From: Lytechinus pictus
Taxonomy: Eukaryota
Reading direction: 5' to 3'
Length of the DNA stretch: 64,000 nt
Assembly (NCBI RefSeq): GCF_037042905.1
Contig: NC_087251.1
Coordinates: forward strand, 19,346,001 to 19,410,000
Notes under the pieces: generated by a model
Databases searched by the model: none
What the model saw: the letters and a program-made list of their open reading frames with translations, nothing else
What the model was told of the DNA's origin: nothing
Shown here: positions 26,101-39,800 of the stretch, piece after piece
Numbering within the stretch: the stretch's first letter is position 1
Layout: every line of letters begins with the position of its first letter
Translations under genes and position numbers: made by a program

Positions 26101-28379
26101 GGTCAACAGCATTAAAATGGGATGTGAAGTCGGAATCAACTGTGATGTCTTCAATTTTCAAAACCTAAATCTCCCGATCAAAAATATATAAATGGATTTA
26201 CAGAGCTTTTTGAAAAGCAGATGAGCCTAGGAGATTATACAAGTGTCAGAACTCAGGAAAAATATTGTCAACATCGTGCCCTGTTTGTCTGTATCACTAT
26301 TCCTCAGTGAGACCAATTATCAGATATCGGTCTTGGGATAAATGAACAGAATTACATCTTGTGTCCTAATTTGAGTTCATTTAATATTTCTTATTAGGAT
26401 TAGGAAAAGAGAATTATACAGGGTCATTTCCACTAAGTTATGTACAATATCAAGGCTTCTATTTATAATTTAAAGCAATTTAGGTTAAATATTTACCCGA
26501 TTCTCTCCCTCCTTTCATTTCCATAGATAACTTCTTAACATCCATTTCTTTCCATGGACGCTTTTTTATCTGGTCTCTCAATCTAGTTGAGCCCCTACCC
26601 CTTATCTCATTCTCTCTCTTCTTTACTCTGCTTCCCAAGCCTTTCCTTTAAAAAAGACATTCACAAGTAAACCCTACATTCTTTTCATAAAAACACAAAG
26701 ATTACTTATATGTAAAACTGGAATATACAAAAACATTTTGAGATAAATAAAACAGAGTCTTGCCTTCCATTAAAATAATTGTACATGAAAACTATAGATA
26801 TCTCTCACCAATTAAAAAAAAAACTTTCCTTGTTTTTATAGCACTGACACGACTATAGAGAAGATAACATAGCATTAGCAAAGATATTTTTCAGGTAAAC
26901 TATTTTGAATTAATAAGGAAGTTGCCATTATCTTTCTCGGTCACACACTGACCTAGATGGTCACTATCATCTTCTATCAATAAGCCTAATTCAATTTTCT
27001 TATCCTCCTGATTTATGAATTTTATATCAGCAGTAACTGACTGACAATAATCTCACTGACCGATTCAGTCAGATGAATTATATATTGACGACTCCCACGC
27101 TCGGCTAGAAGACGATTACTTTTACCAATACTGCCATCTCAATTTCCGCTCTTTTTTCTGAAATGGGAAGTTTGTTTTGGTCATTTTTTGCAAAGTCACA
27201 GCTAATCATCTCTTTTTCTTCTCTTTTTTTCCTAGTTGCTTGGCAAAGAAAATGAGACATTAAGTGGTTTAATGCTATGGAATCAAACTTGAATATATTA
27301 CTTTTGCTTCATGTGCAGCATCGATTTCTAATAAAACAAAGAAAAGAAAAAAAAAATGTTTGAATAAGCCCCTTGGAATGGGTACATTTCAAATCTATAG
27401 AAACAGGATGAAAAACAATAAGAGCAGCAGTAAATCTTGAAAGTCAGAGGACTGAATTGAATGCATTTATCATCAGAAGTTTTACAAATGAAATTTTCAA
27501 TCACTTCTGCAATTAGAATTCTAAGAATTTCACTTTCCTGAATGGAAATACAGATGGTTGAATTAGGATACAACTCTATATATTCCCTTAGGATGAATGA
27601 ACAACAGAAAGCATGGACAAATACCTGTTATTCCTTTCAATAATGAAGATGGGTAAACAATTGTGCTAAAAATTCATGCTATGGGGCAAAAAAGAGAAAG
27701 GATCGAGAACAGAAATAAGTTTTTCTTTAGCAAGGGTTACTAGTTTATGAGGTTGAGAAGAGCCACAAGCACTAAACTCATTAGAATGACTTTGTGATAC
27801 ATGAAAAACCATGCACGAGTTGTAGTCTAAGTCCCTTCAAGTGTAGTCTGACCTATATCATTCAAATCGTCACCCGTAATTACATTAATTCCCCACGACT
27901 CTGTCACTGCAAATCTAAACTTCCCCCGGGCATTGGTAAAATTATGATATCATACCGTATGATTTGTGCAAACTGACAAACCTGAGCAGAATGATTACCG
28001 TTGATATGGTTGGATTGCAGTAGGGGGCAACATTTGGATACAAGTTGACGAACACATGGAGGGCTGCGGTCTTGACAGGGTCGAGTGTCAGGTAGCTCGG
28101 ATGGCGTAGGCATTGAAGAGCTTATCTCTGCCCTGCCAGAATGTCCCTGTTTGGCCCTCTCCATGCGGTTCTATGGCCAGGTCTTCAGATTTCTCCATCC
28201 ATATCGAGGGTAAAGATGTGGGGCTGTAGCCTCCGGGCAAGCCGCCAGCCATCGATGCAGGTGATAATACCCCTGCTGAAGCCACCAGTTTAAAGATGCA
28301 GACAAAATGTAATAATGGTTCATTTGATGGCTAGAAATGATGGGGGAGTGAAGGGGGTGGGGGAAGGAAAGAGTTGATG

Positions 28380-29480
28380 AGATGTCTGGTGATGGGGGGG
28401 GGTGTCGGCTAATGGAGTGGGGCAGGCAGTGTCCGCCCCGTAGTTATCGGCTTGTGACAACCGATATGGCCGATACTCTTAACCAGCATCTTGTCCCTTC
28501 ATCCCCATCTGCATGGCCTATTTCCTCTGGCTAAATTGGTCAGGGTAACTCAACCGGCCGCTGCACTCTCCATCTTTCCTTACATCACACACTTAGCCCC
28601 TCAGAACATTCTATACAACATGATCGGTAGAACTGATTGCATCACACCGAGTGTGTGTGTATTTGGTTAACAAGTCTGTCGACAAAGTAAATGTGGGCCA
28701 ACCCGGTGCGGAGCAAGCAAGGTATGGCTAGATGGGGATCTCGGGTCACATGTGACTACTTGGCCTAGATCCATCGGCTAATTTGGCCAGGCTATCCCAA
28801 CATGCAAAGCTCAGACAAATGTATTGCTCTTCCTAGCAAAATATAATCTAACAAACTCATCAGCAATGATGAAAAGCAAGATAAGGAGAATATCGACCAG
28901 AGAAGAGAAAAAATCATAATGGTAGTTCCGTCTAATCGATTGAGATCCAGTAACCTTTGTCCTGGGCATGCAATATCAATACCACCATCAGCAAATTGAA
29001 CGGTGTGTTCAGCTTGAGATTATTTCCTCCACCGGGGATATTTATGGGAGCAAATATGTCCCCCTTTGCATCCTTTTTTCCTCTCCAATGCACATGAGGG
29101 TTGGATGCTGATGGTAAATAAGACATATTCCCATTGTATGAATGGGTCTTTTAGTATTCACGCATGCTGCATGGCCTAATTCTCTAGGCCGATTTGTTGC
29201 AATTCATTGGCCGGCTTCCTCCGGCCATTTTACCTAAGCTTTATATGGGCTAATGTACTTTGCCCAGACATGTATACAAATAGCATCATTTTTTATGACA
29301 TACATGACATTTAATCCAGGTCAGCTATGGCTATGAGCGGCCAGTCTTTCCCTGACATCTAACCATCTGCTTGATCTAGTTTCACAGGCTAAAGCGCATC
29401 CCCAAGACCTACTCACCTCTCTCTTGACACACTCACTGCTCTTGGCTCTAATCACAAAAATGTCTTGGCGGCCGATGGAC
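28380..29480. promoter_or_regulatory. Candidate intronic cis-regulatory module with a homotypic GGCY / TGGCC-N10-GGCY cluster
   Basis: Unique GC/CpG-enriched island with four identically spaced TGGCC-N10-GGCY sites (28514, 28761, 29172, 29208), about 20 GGCY half-sites and a perfect palindrome GTCACATGTGAC (28745-28756). Confidence 0.5.
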
Positions 29481-32400
29481 TCCTTCTCCCACCAGCCTCC
29501 ATGCGCTAGATCTGACAACAACTCGCATCCAAAGCCACTTCATGAGATGTCAATTGCCTGTGATTCTTTCAAATTTAACCAATCATGCCTCGCAATTCAG
29601 CGCCGACATCGGACCCGAGGCATTCCAATACACAAGTGACGAGGGGCACGATGAATGAAGATGATTGGCAGTTAATTGTCATAAAACTCCCTCTGTATTG
29701 TGGACTATCCTTGTCACCTTCCTCTCATATAAAGATAGGTACCAAATGATTCAGCTCAAACTCTGCCTATGGCCCACTTACTCAAGTTTGCGTAAATGAT
29801 AAATATTAACTGACACAAATGTATAGACACTTGTATCATTTACAATTTACTCTGTGGTTTAAAAAAATATAAACTGGTAACATTTTTTGTATCAGCATCG
29901 TTATGGTACTGAGCATTTGCAGTCAGTAATTTGTATCAGTTTTTTTCAGTACCATGTAACGCAAATTAGGTTATTGAGAAGGTGAAAAATAAGAAGATAA
30001 CATACATAAGAGTAAGAGTTTCATCATCTATGAGAAGGCTTAGGGTCTGTCATTTAATGTGAGAAAAGCTCAAATCATGCCATATTTTATGGAAAAAGGT
30101 CACTACAATGAGTCATTCATAATAATTTAGGGACAGTGACAAGATGAGAAGGAAAAGTAACAAGAGTAATTGGGGTCTGAACACTTTATGAAAACACTCT
30201 TAAAAGTATACATCTCAGAGCCCTACGGCGAACATTTATTTAACCCCGATCCCAAATTGTAAATTGAAGAATGATGTGATAAATCACTGCATATTTTATT
30301 CAGTAGAATGTGGGCTAAGTATGTCAACTGCTTAGTTTTATATGTCCCAGGGTTAATATTTTGAAACTGAATACCGTAATTACGAACACATACATCAACA
30401 GTAAGCATGGCAGGGCATAAGCCAGCCCCTCATTTGCATGTTTCCCTTCTCAAAGTAAAAGCGACCATCTTATTGAAAATGATGTCCTTTAGGCTTGACG
30501 CAACAATGACTGATAAATCTGGAGCATATTGACAACGATTTTTTTTTTAATGGGTGGAAGACAATTGTAAAAGTCTTGACATATAAAAAATAAGCACTTT
30601 GATCCAGACAGCAGCTTAGGGTAATCCTATAAACTATAGTGCCTACCTGAAATGAGACAAATTAAAAAAGAAAAGAACATATACTCTTTCAAAGTCTTAA
30701 AAGGCAACCTGTTATACCATGTTGTTAACACATTCATTCATATTATTTGGGGTAGGCTGATTTATTTGTTATGCTGAATAAAATTATTTCATCACATTGT
30801 AATGTTTTCATGTTTTCTCTATCACCCCATGTCCATGAACTGTACAAATGTTACTAAAAAGAGAAAATAAAATGGGCAACATACATGAATATGTCTTACA
30901 CAGATAAATTTAAACTTAAATGTAAGAAGGTGAAATATGATTTTTTTTTATAAAGTTATTCAAAGCCCCAAAAGTTTATTGAAGAACAAAATCCCAGTGT
31001 GATCCATCCAACAGTAATTACAATTTGACAAAGGCTACTTTACCATAAATACCATTTAACTCAGTATTAGGTCCCATCATCACACACGTACAAAAGCTGA
31101 TTACCAGATTTATTCAATTACAATTAGAAAAGCAGAATTCACTAAATATTTTTATATATTAGATGATCTTAATATTCATCATCTTCAACTTCGACCTTAC
31201 AAGAATTTTTCTCCAGAAAACAAGAAGCTATTCCACACATTAATGGCAAATCTGTTGTCTTTTTAATGTTTTTTTTTTCATTTGCTTTTCCCTCATGTTT
31301 GATGACAATATGTTCTCTTTGTATCTCATTAGTTAAAATATGGGTGACCAACTTTTAAGATTACAGTTTTACTGCTTTATCACACAGTCAAACTGATATT
31401 TTAGAGGAAAAAAATCTGTATTGAGTTTTGTTTGTGACTTTTCGACATTCTGTATCCTTACATGTTTTTCATACTTTTTGCCAATCCCTTTATTTTTTTT
31501 ATTTTTTTATTTTTTTTGGAGGGGAGGGGGGGGGGGATATCAGCGGAATGTGCTTACCATCCAAAGCAAGAGCTTTATATAGGGCAGGTGTTCCTGCGGA
31601 AATGTGAAGGAGCTGAAGCTTAGCGTTATACATTCAGAGATATACCCTTTGGTCACTTGCTTTCTTCTCAGGACAAAGCAAGATGACTTCAGGGATACTC
31701 CACTTAAATTAGTAAGGTATTGCTGAATGGTAACGATAAAGGCAACTACACAAAGATTGAATTAAAAGTAACTGGTTCCTAAAATCCTAAAGGAAAGAAG
31801 CGAAAGTCATCTGAAAATAAACATGTTGAGTACTTCAAGGATCGCACTTAGTCCTCTCGGAGAGACCACAGCAACAAACAGATGAGCTTTTTATGATGGC
31901 AAAGGCTTGACTTGGATTACTGGATTGAGGCTAGTATACACTCAGACTGGAATATCAAATATACAAGGGGGTTCCGACTATCATCGCACCACCTCAGGAG
32001 GGTATTCTCCTTGACGTTGTGAGATCATAAAATGACCAGCTTTATCCAAAGCCGCTACATCCCTTTGAATCTTCATGTTTAGAATCTACTTTGGCCCGGT
32101 ATGGTTGGAAGTCCTGCCTCGCATACTGCACTGGAGATTAGTATGATTATGATATCATTTCATCTGTCAGCCTCCGCGCTCCATTCAATTGCTCCATCTC
32201 TTTCTGACTTTGGTAAAGGATTCTAGCTTAATTTCTGAAACCTACTTCTCTTCCTATCATCAATTTGGTTATTTCTCATAAGCTCAAATTACTGATTGAA
32301 ATATGTAGAAGCTAACTTCATTCCTTTATTCATCTTCATGCCATAATTTCATACCTTCTCTCATCTTTGCCTTCTCTCTTGCTTCCCTGGAGCTATCATA

Positions 32401-35400
32401 CTGATATGATGTCTTCAAGGGTTTACAAAGTATCTTAAATAATTAATGAACTTCTCTGCAAGGAGTCAAGTGTTCTTTGCTCAAGACTCACTTGATCTTA
32501 CACACCATCACTTGCATCTCTTATGCTAGTCTCACAAAGATTATATTGACATGATTCATATCATACTAGTTAACCTTCATACACTGCACTGCAAAGCTAT
32601 GAATAAACTATCCCCTCTGCGATTCTCCCTCCATTCATCTCAAGTGAACGTTAAAATTTTCATGAGGTAGTGTTTCATTGATTTAATCAATCACATTCAC
32701 ACAAGTTGTCTACGATGTGAGGAGAATGTGCATCATTCATTGCCAAGATTTATGGTATATTGCTGGAGAAGTGAAGCGGGAATATAGCGCAGGAGATGGA
32801 GAAAGGAATGGAAAAGAAGAAGATGGATTCTAAAAGGTGAAGGGTGAGTTGGTGTCCCTTCATCAGTGATAGGGGACCAGTCAACACTGGACGTCAACTG
32901 ATACGTCTTATCCCTGGCATGCCTTAACACATCCCACCTCAATGCGCCGCCATCCCTGCTTTCATCGCCTGCCACAAGTGGTGGTTCGACTGCGGACCAG
33001 GGAGATTGCAGTTGTGTTTTCGTTATCGATTCACGACGCGATAGAGAGTAATTATTGCTCATGGAATTAATCAGCACATGATGAGCAACGCGTAATGAGA
33101 AACAGCTCATTGACACCATGTGCCAGAATAAATATAGACAGACGGGATTCTCTTTGGGTAGCAATGTCAAATGGAGAAAGAAAATGGAAAGGATGAGAAA
33201 GAGATAGAGAAGGAGACAAAATATGGCCTGCTCTTGAGAAGAAAACGGCAGGAAGTAACATAATGAAGCGGGTCTTAGTTTCCCAAGTGAGCCCACGGGT
33301 GTTGAGGGGTTAAGCTCCTGATATGTTTTCATATCTTGAATGTCTAGGTTATGTTACCATGAATGAATTCCGTGACTGATATTCCCCCTGGGAGTGCGCT
33401 ATGCTCCTGGAATATTTAATGTTTGTCATTCTTCATTCGGTTACTGCTGTTGTGTGTATGTGTTTTAATGTTTGGGTGCAAGTGTGTGTGTAAGCGAGGG
33501 AGCAGGGATCAGTGAATATAAGTAGGTTATGTCAAATGGACAAGATTAAATGAATGAATGAATGAATAAATGAATGGGAATACAAATGTCAAATGTTTCA
33601 TGCCACTTGCAAATGATACTGAAATTCAACAAAATAAAGAAAATGCAAATATATATTATTTAAAATTCAAATTAAACAAAATGCAATTAAACGAATGAAT
33701 GAATGGTACAGTCATGAATTTAGATAATGGCAAAAAATGGGTATTTGACAAAAAACATTATGCTCGTAGCAAATTGCTTATTTAGTTAAATTTTCAGCAA
33801 ATTGCGAGTTCTGACAAAGAATTGTAAATTTACTTCCAGATAGTAAGTTTACCATGAAACATGGTATCTTGAAATGACAAAACAAATTAGTAATCTGAGC
33901 CCCAACCAAGAATATCTCCTATTTCCATTTGTAAGCTCATGACATTTTTTTTTATAACCATGAAACAATCTTCTTAGTTTGAAAGATATATACATTAAGT
34001 CATATTTTTTTGTAACCAAATTACCGTAAAATGTCATTTCATGAAAATGACTCTTTATACATTATGATGGTATTTGATAATCTTGTATTTCATAATCATT
34101 ATAATCAAAAGGGCTCATTTCAAATTTGTTAACACTTCTATAATACAAGGAGAACTCTAGGTTAATTTTTATGAAGTTCTTCTGAAATCATATTTCTGAT
34201 ACAGAATCATCAAATTTAGGAATGAATAATTTTTCCCAAAAAAACATGTACGTCTTTACGAAGCTTAAAAAAATTAATATCACATTTGCATTATTATACC
34301 ATACAATTTGAAATTATGAATTTAATTTGTTTTGTAATTTCTTGATTCTTTTGTAATGTTGCTTCTTTGCTGATTTCATGTGTAGGCCCTATTTTACTCT
34401 GTTTGTAAAACATTTCGTCAATTGCAAGCTGTGATTATGTTTTTAATAAAATCTTTAATATGGAATGTAAATGGAAGCACAGTGATATCACTCCAGATTC
34501 ATATATGAGGTAGAAAATGTGGACATTTTATTAAAGCTGAATCTAAAAATTGAACTAACAATGAACGGCAAAAGTCATGTTCAGGACTTAATAATTGTAA
34601 TTGATATTGGTCCACAAGCACTGTGTGTATCTCCATTCAATAAGAATACACTGGATTTCAATAATTCCTTTTTGATATTACATTTCATTTCTGGCTAGAT
34701 GAAATTCTGCACATCAATTAATAAAGCAGGATTTAATTACACGGCTAAATGTACAGCATCAGTCTAAATTTACCTCCGTTTGTAACACAGCAAGTGCACA
34801 GTGAATAATGGGATGTTGAAAGCTGTTTCAGACGGATGTGAACAGATAATTCATATTCCTTAATTCCACTAGCTTTAACAATTTTTCTGCATGTTTCTCT
34901 TTTCATCTGTGTATTTTTGGGGTGAGAGAAAAATCCAAAGGAACTGGCTCATTTCCTCTTAACCTGCCTCCTTGTTTATTCCTATTGAAAGGAATTTAGA
35001 GAATTAAGTTAGGTGAAAGTAATAGGTATATCAAGGAAAGACGTTCCATTGTCATCACTTACTTAGAGCTAAAATGCTTTAATCTTGTTGTAAAAGTAGA
35101 CCTGATGTACATGACAGCAGACCCTCGAGTCTGGAGATTGGTTTCATTCATGATGTGATGTAAAAATGATCACCATTTGTATAAACTTTGGGACAAGTTA
35201 ATACATTGGTGATTGCCTGTTTGTTATTCATATTAACAACCTCATCTTTATCTACTCAATCACACCCTCCTCTCACCCCCCCCCCCCCTCCTCAACCTAT
35301 TTAGTAAGAGGATGCATGGAGCTCGTATCATTATTACTCTCTATCACACTATGGTTGTCTCCCTGAATGGGAAACTTACATTTATCTCGATTTGCCCATA

Positions 35401-36233
35401 AATGTCAACTCTTCGTTTCGTTTCAAGAAGCCCATCTTCATAATATCTCAATGAAAAGAAAAGAAATATAAAGTAAAGAAAGCAAAGAATTAAATTCATA
35501 TTGTTCATCATTAGCATGTGATTAACACCAAGATGCGATCAAGGTGAAATCCTTAATGATATTTAGTATGGCCTGATAATGAGAGTTAATGAGCCAGGTT
35601 ACCAATGAAGGCATATTTATAGACAATGGGTTTTTAAATATTCCAAGATGGTTATAGGTCCAATCAGTAATGCAAAAAACCATTATCACAGTAAGTAATT
35701 AATGAAAGAACAAGTTGAACCTTGAAGTGTTATACTACCAGGAACCTTGAAAGCTTCTGTTCAGTTTTAAGAGCGTCATTCAGTATTAACCATCAGCATG
35801 CCAGAGAAATTACAGCTCAACAGAATTTACATATATTATGTGGTATGGATAAGCGATTATGGCATGTTAAGGGTTGACGCACAACTAATTTAAGTTACAT
35901 TTTTGTGACATTCTTTAGGTCCTTACTCATGATTTGGGGAGTTCTCTAACTGAAAACACAACTGAGTCCATGATTCACATTTAGTTATTATTGGGAACAT
36001 GACATAGGCATATTTGTAATTCAAATCAATTGATGGAGATCTCAATAATATTTTCCATAATGCCTCTTGGTGGTAAAGTTTCCATTAAAGAAACTGGAAT
36101 TATGGTGATCTATATTCATGAGGTCAAACGATACTAAAAACCCTGCAATGGTGAGGATCATTGTTGATTGGATAAAATACATGAATACTCTTGAGCATAA
36201 AATTGCATCATGTTGTATACCATTTCTTTACTA

Positions 36234-36867
36234 ACAGGTGGAGCACCTTTGGCAGTCTCACCTGCATTACACTATTCAATATATCAGCAGTGCTGACTTT
36301 GAAAACTACTGTAAAATAATTATTCATAAAAAACTCCATTTAAATAATGGTTAAAACTATGTTCATAGACCCTAAATGACATTTGACCTTGATCATATGA
36401 GATAAGACTAGTATCCGCAAACTTTCAAAGTTATGATGGCAATTCAACAATTACCCCCAACATAGCCAAAGTTCATTTACCTTAAATGACCTTTGACTTT
36501 AAAACATGTGACCTGAAACTCTGCATGGGATGTTCAGTGATATTTGATTACTCTTATATCCAAGTTTTATGAACTAGATCCATAAACATTCAGATTTATG
36601 ATGGTAATTCAACTAATACCCCCAACATGGTCCAAGTTCATTGACCCTAAATGTACTTTGACCTTGGTCATGTGACCTGAAACTCAGGCAGGATATCAAA
36701 AATAATTGATCAATCTTATGTCCAAGTTTCATGAACTAGGTTTGTATACTTTCTAAGTTATGAGGTTATTTCGAAAACTTATCCTTCGGTTAAGATTTAA
36801 TGTTGATGCTGCCATCGGAAAAGCAGCGCCTATATAGTCCTGCTCTGCTATGTAGACGAGACAAAAA
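36234..36867 (-). mobile_element. Helentron-associated non-autonomous element (HINE/DINE-1-like), older degraded copy
   Basis: Colinear with 56055-56855: GTCTCACCTGCA near the left end, TGACCTTTGACCT-type tandem units, TCGGAAAAGCAGCGCCTATA...CTCTGCTATG...GAGACAAAAA at the right end. Confidence 0.8.
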
Positions 36868-39800
36868 TTGTGTGAACATACCCTGGATAATTCATGGATA
36901 TGGTAAGGTGTTTTTTTCGGGGGGGGGGATGGGGGGTTAAAAGTCTGTAGACAAGTGTCTTTACTTAACCATGCAGCCCAGCCCAAATTTAATTCTTCAA
37001 GCAGGTATTAAGTTTGATAGACTTAATTCAAACTGTCTGTATTAAAGAGTATTTCATTATTCACAAGTAACACATGAATTATGATGTGATTGAAAATATT
37101 ATATCTAAGGGTACAACTTACAATTAAAATGTTCAACTTAAAAATTTGAGTCCCCAACAGAACCTTTTTACAATAAAAAGGGGTATTTATTGATTTGGTA
37201 TAGTACAACTTTCTCAAACATAAAATGAGGCATTTTAGGATGAAATCTTCTTTATATACATGTAGCGTACTAATATGTAATCACAAAAAATTATAAGAGA
37301 GGAGTTAGAAGGGCCTGAATTCAGAAAAAAAAAAACAATGCCACAAGATGTGTTGAATATAGAACAATCTACTTTTGAAAAGAATGTAGGGAATAAAAAG
37401 TTATAATTATGCAGGTCACTGGTAAGATTGGAATAATGTAGTCCCACATTATCAAAATCATTGTACTTTCACAAAAGCTTTAGAAGCAAGATTTAATTTA
37501 CAACAAAAATATATAGTGTGTGTATATAAATCAGTTTATCTGGAATATATCACTGTTGTTCTGAAAGGTAGGGCATACAGTAGTTTTCATCTCTATCTAG
37601 ACAATGATGATAATATAATTTAGATGATTAAGACCAGTTATATTAGATAAGAGAATGCACATATCCAGGATCAAAAGCTGATTGGCACTAAGTAACATAC
37701 ATACAGTTCTGCTCAAAACTGAAGAGTGGCATGGAACTCATAAAAAAGGGGGACATCTTATAAGTATAGATATTCTTGGGCTGATCTGAGCATCCATTCC
37801 TGACTTCTTTTAGATTCAGTTTATTTATGAAAGGAGCATATTTTCCATATTCATGGCATTGAGAAAAAAATTCAATATAGATATCATGTCTTCCAAAACA
37901 ATTACTTTCTGTCCTATTATAGTTACCAATGTTACCCATGATTCTCATGGTTGGTATTAACTTGTTCGAGGAACTAAATCTTCTTGCTTTCACATGTTTA
38001 TTATAAATGTGAAAGCTATGCTGATTTACATTCAAAATTTCCATTCTCAAATCCTGAAGAAAAAATTATACAATGTCTCTCACTTGTCCAGTATCAACCT
38101 TGAAGAGGAAGAAAAACTGTTACAGCATCTTAGTTTTGCTTTCATTATGCTGTTAAAATAAAGAGAATAAGGACATCCAAAACACTGTTTTTGATACCGT
38201 ATTAAAACTGGAACTGTGCTTTAATAATTAAAAAGTAGGTCTATATGAGTTAATGCCTTACCAAAACTGGATTCAGCTTTATTCAAGCAAAAGTAAGGCC
38301 TGTATCAGTTAATGTAGGTCTAGTTTATTGCCTTATACAAAGCCTCAATTCATGCATGATTATACAAAATCAGGCCTGTGAAACGGTTGATGCCTTTTTG
38401 GTCCTCAATAAACTGATAATTCAAAGTTTTAGATGCCAATTAACATCAATATAAAGGCTGGTACATTGAAATTAGAGGAATAAATACCTTTATCTTTTTA
38501 ATTGTGTGTGGCTTAATGGGGTTTTGGTGTTCAATACTACACAAATTTTGTATACTGTCACATAAAACCCGAGAAAGCAGGATTTTAATATCATTTTCTA
38601 AATATCAGTCAGACTCAAGATTTTTTCTCCAATATATAAAAAAAGCTGGCATAATGTCATGGTGATGTTTACTACTACCCACGTCTTAGACAAATGATGC
38701 AATAAATAAACAGTGTAAAGATACAGGGGAAAATGGACTGCCAAAGTTTCAAAGCTTGAATTAATCATGAACATGGGTCATAGAAAGAGGGTCTCCAGGG
38801 ATGACATGAATTCTTTTCTCTGTCCAGGTATCTCATGGATTCTAAATGTCAATTCCACCTGCATCAGCTTTCTTAATCCTCGTATCTATCCGTCCTTCCA
38901 TATCAGCCACAGAAAAGCTAGTAAATACTAATTATTCTTTCCCATAATTTTCTCTTTTTTTTCCTGGTCAGATGAGCGACAATAACTTCATATCCATGCA
39001 TGCTTATTATCCAGATTGACAGAGTTGAAGGGGATTCCACCAGGGATTTCTGCCGGCATGAGCTGGTTTCCCTGATGCCCTCTTCGCTGCTTGCCCGTCC
39101 CTCCAACCTTTCTCATCAACATGCAAATAATGCAGGCGCAAGAGATTAAGATGATGCTGTTCCTGAAGAGACATTGGCATGAGCACATCAGACATTCCAG
39201 TCCAAGAAAGGCGACCTCCACCAACTCGACAACCACTTTCTTAACATTTCAAGTCCTCTCTTAAGAAGTTAAAAATGGAAAAGAGGCTACACAGTGAAGG
39301 TGCCATCACTCACCCTGAAATCAAAGTCTTCTGGCCCATTAGTTTGAGTATTGATAACTTAACACTTTGCCAGCCAGACATGTACTGTCAAAAATAGCAG
39401 TATGGCATTCCCCTTTCACAAAATCTTTGGTCTACTCATCAATTTAAGATGACCGATATGGCTTAGGGAGTAGGCAGTTTTTATGTTCTTGTGGTTGCAA
39501 TGAATGCATCAAAATAAACAGCAATTATTAACTGCCAAGAAGGAAGGTAAATGTCCTCCTTTTTTGCATGATTTTGTTAAGTAATAGCAAATTTAATCCT
39601 CCTTTCTAGATGAACAGGTTGTAAAATTTTATTCCTCTTTATGAGTTATAGAAAAATCTCATTCTTATTGTACTCTAAAACTTTTTATGAGTAATAACAC
39701 GTACACATGTGCATTTTGCAGCATTATCAAAGGGGGAAAAACCACAGTATCATGAAAAAAGTCCTATCCTGAGACAGAAGATTTGTTTACTTTCTTCTCA

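Noticed and set aside
32733..33332. 199-aa minus-strand ORF
   Set aside because: No recognisable domain; hydrophobic stretches come from purine-rich low-complexity DNA; no convincing splice pair.
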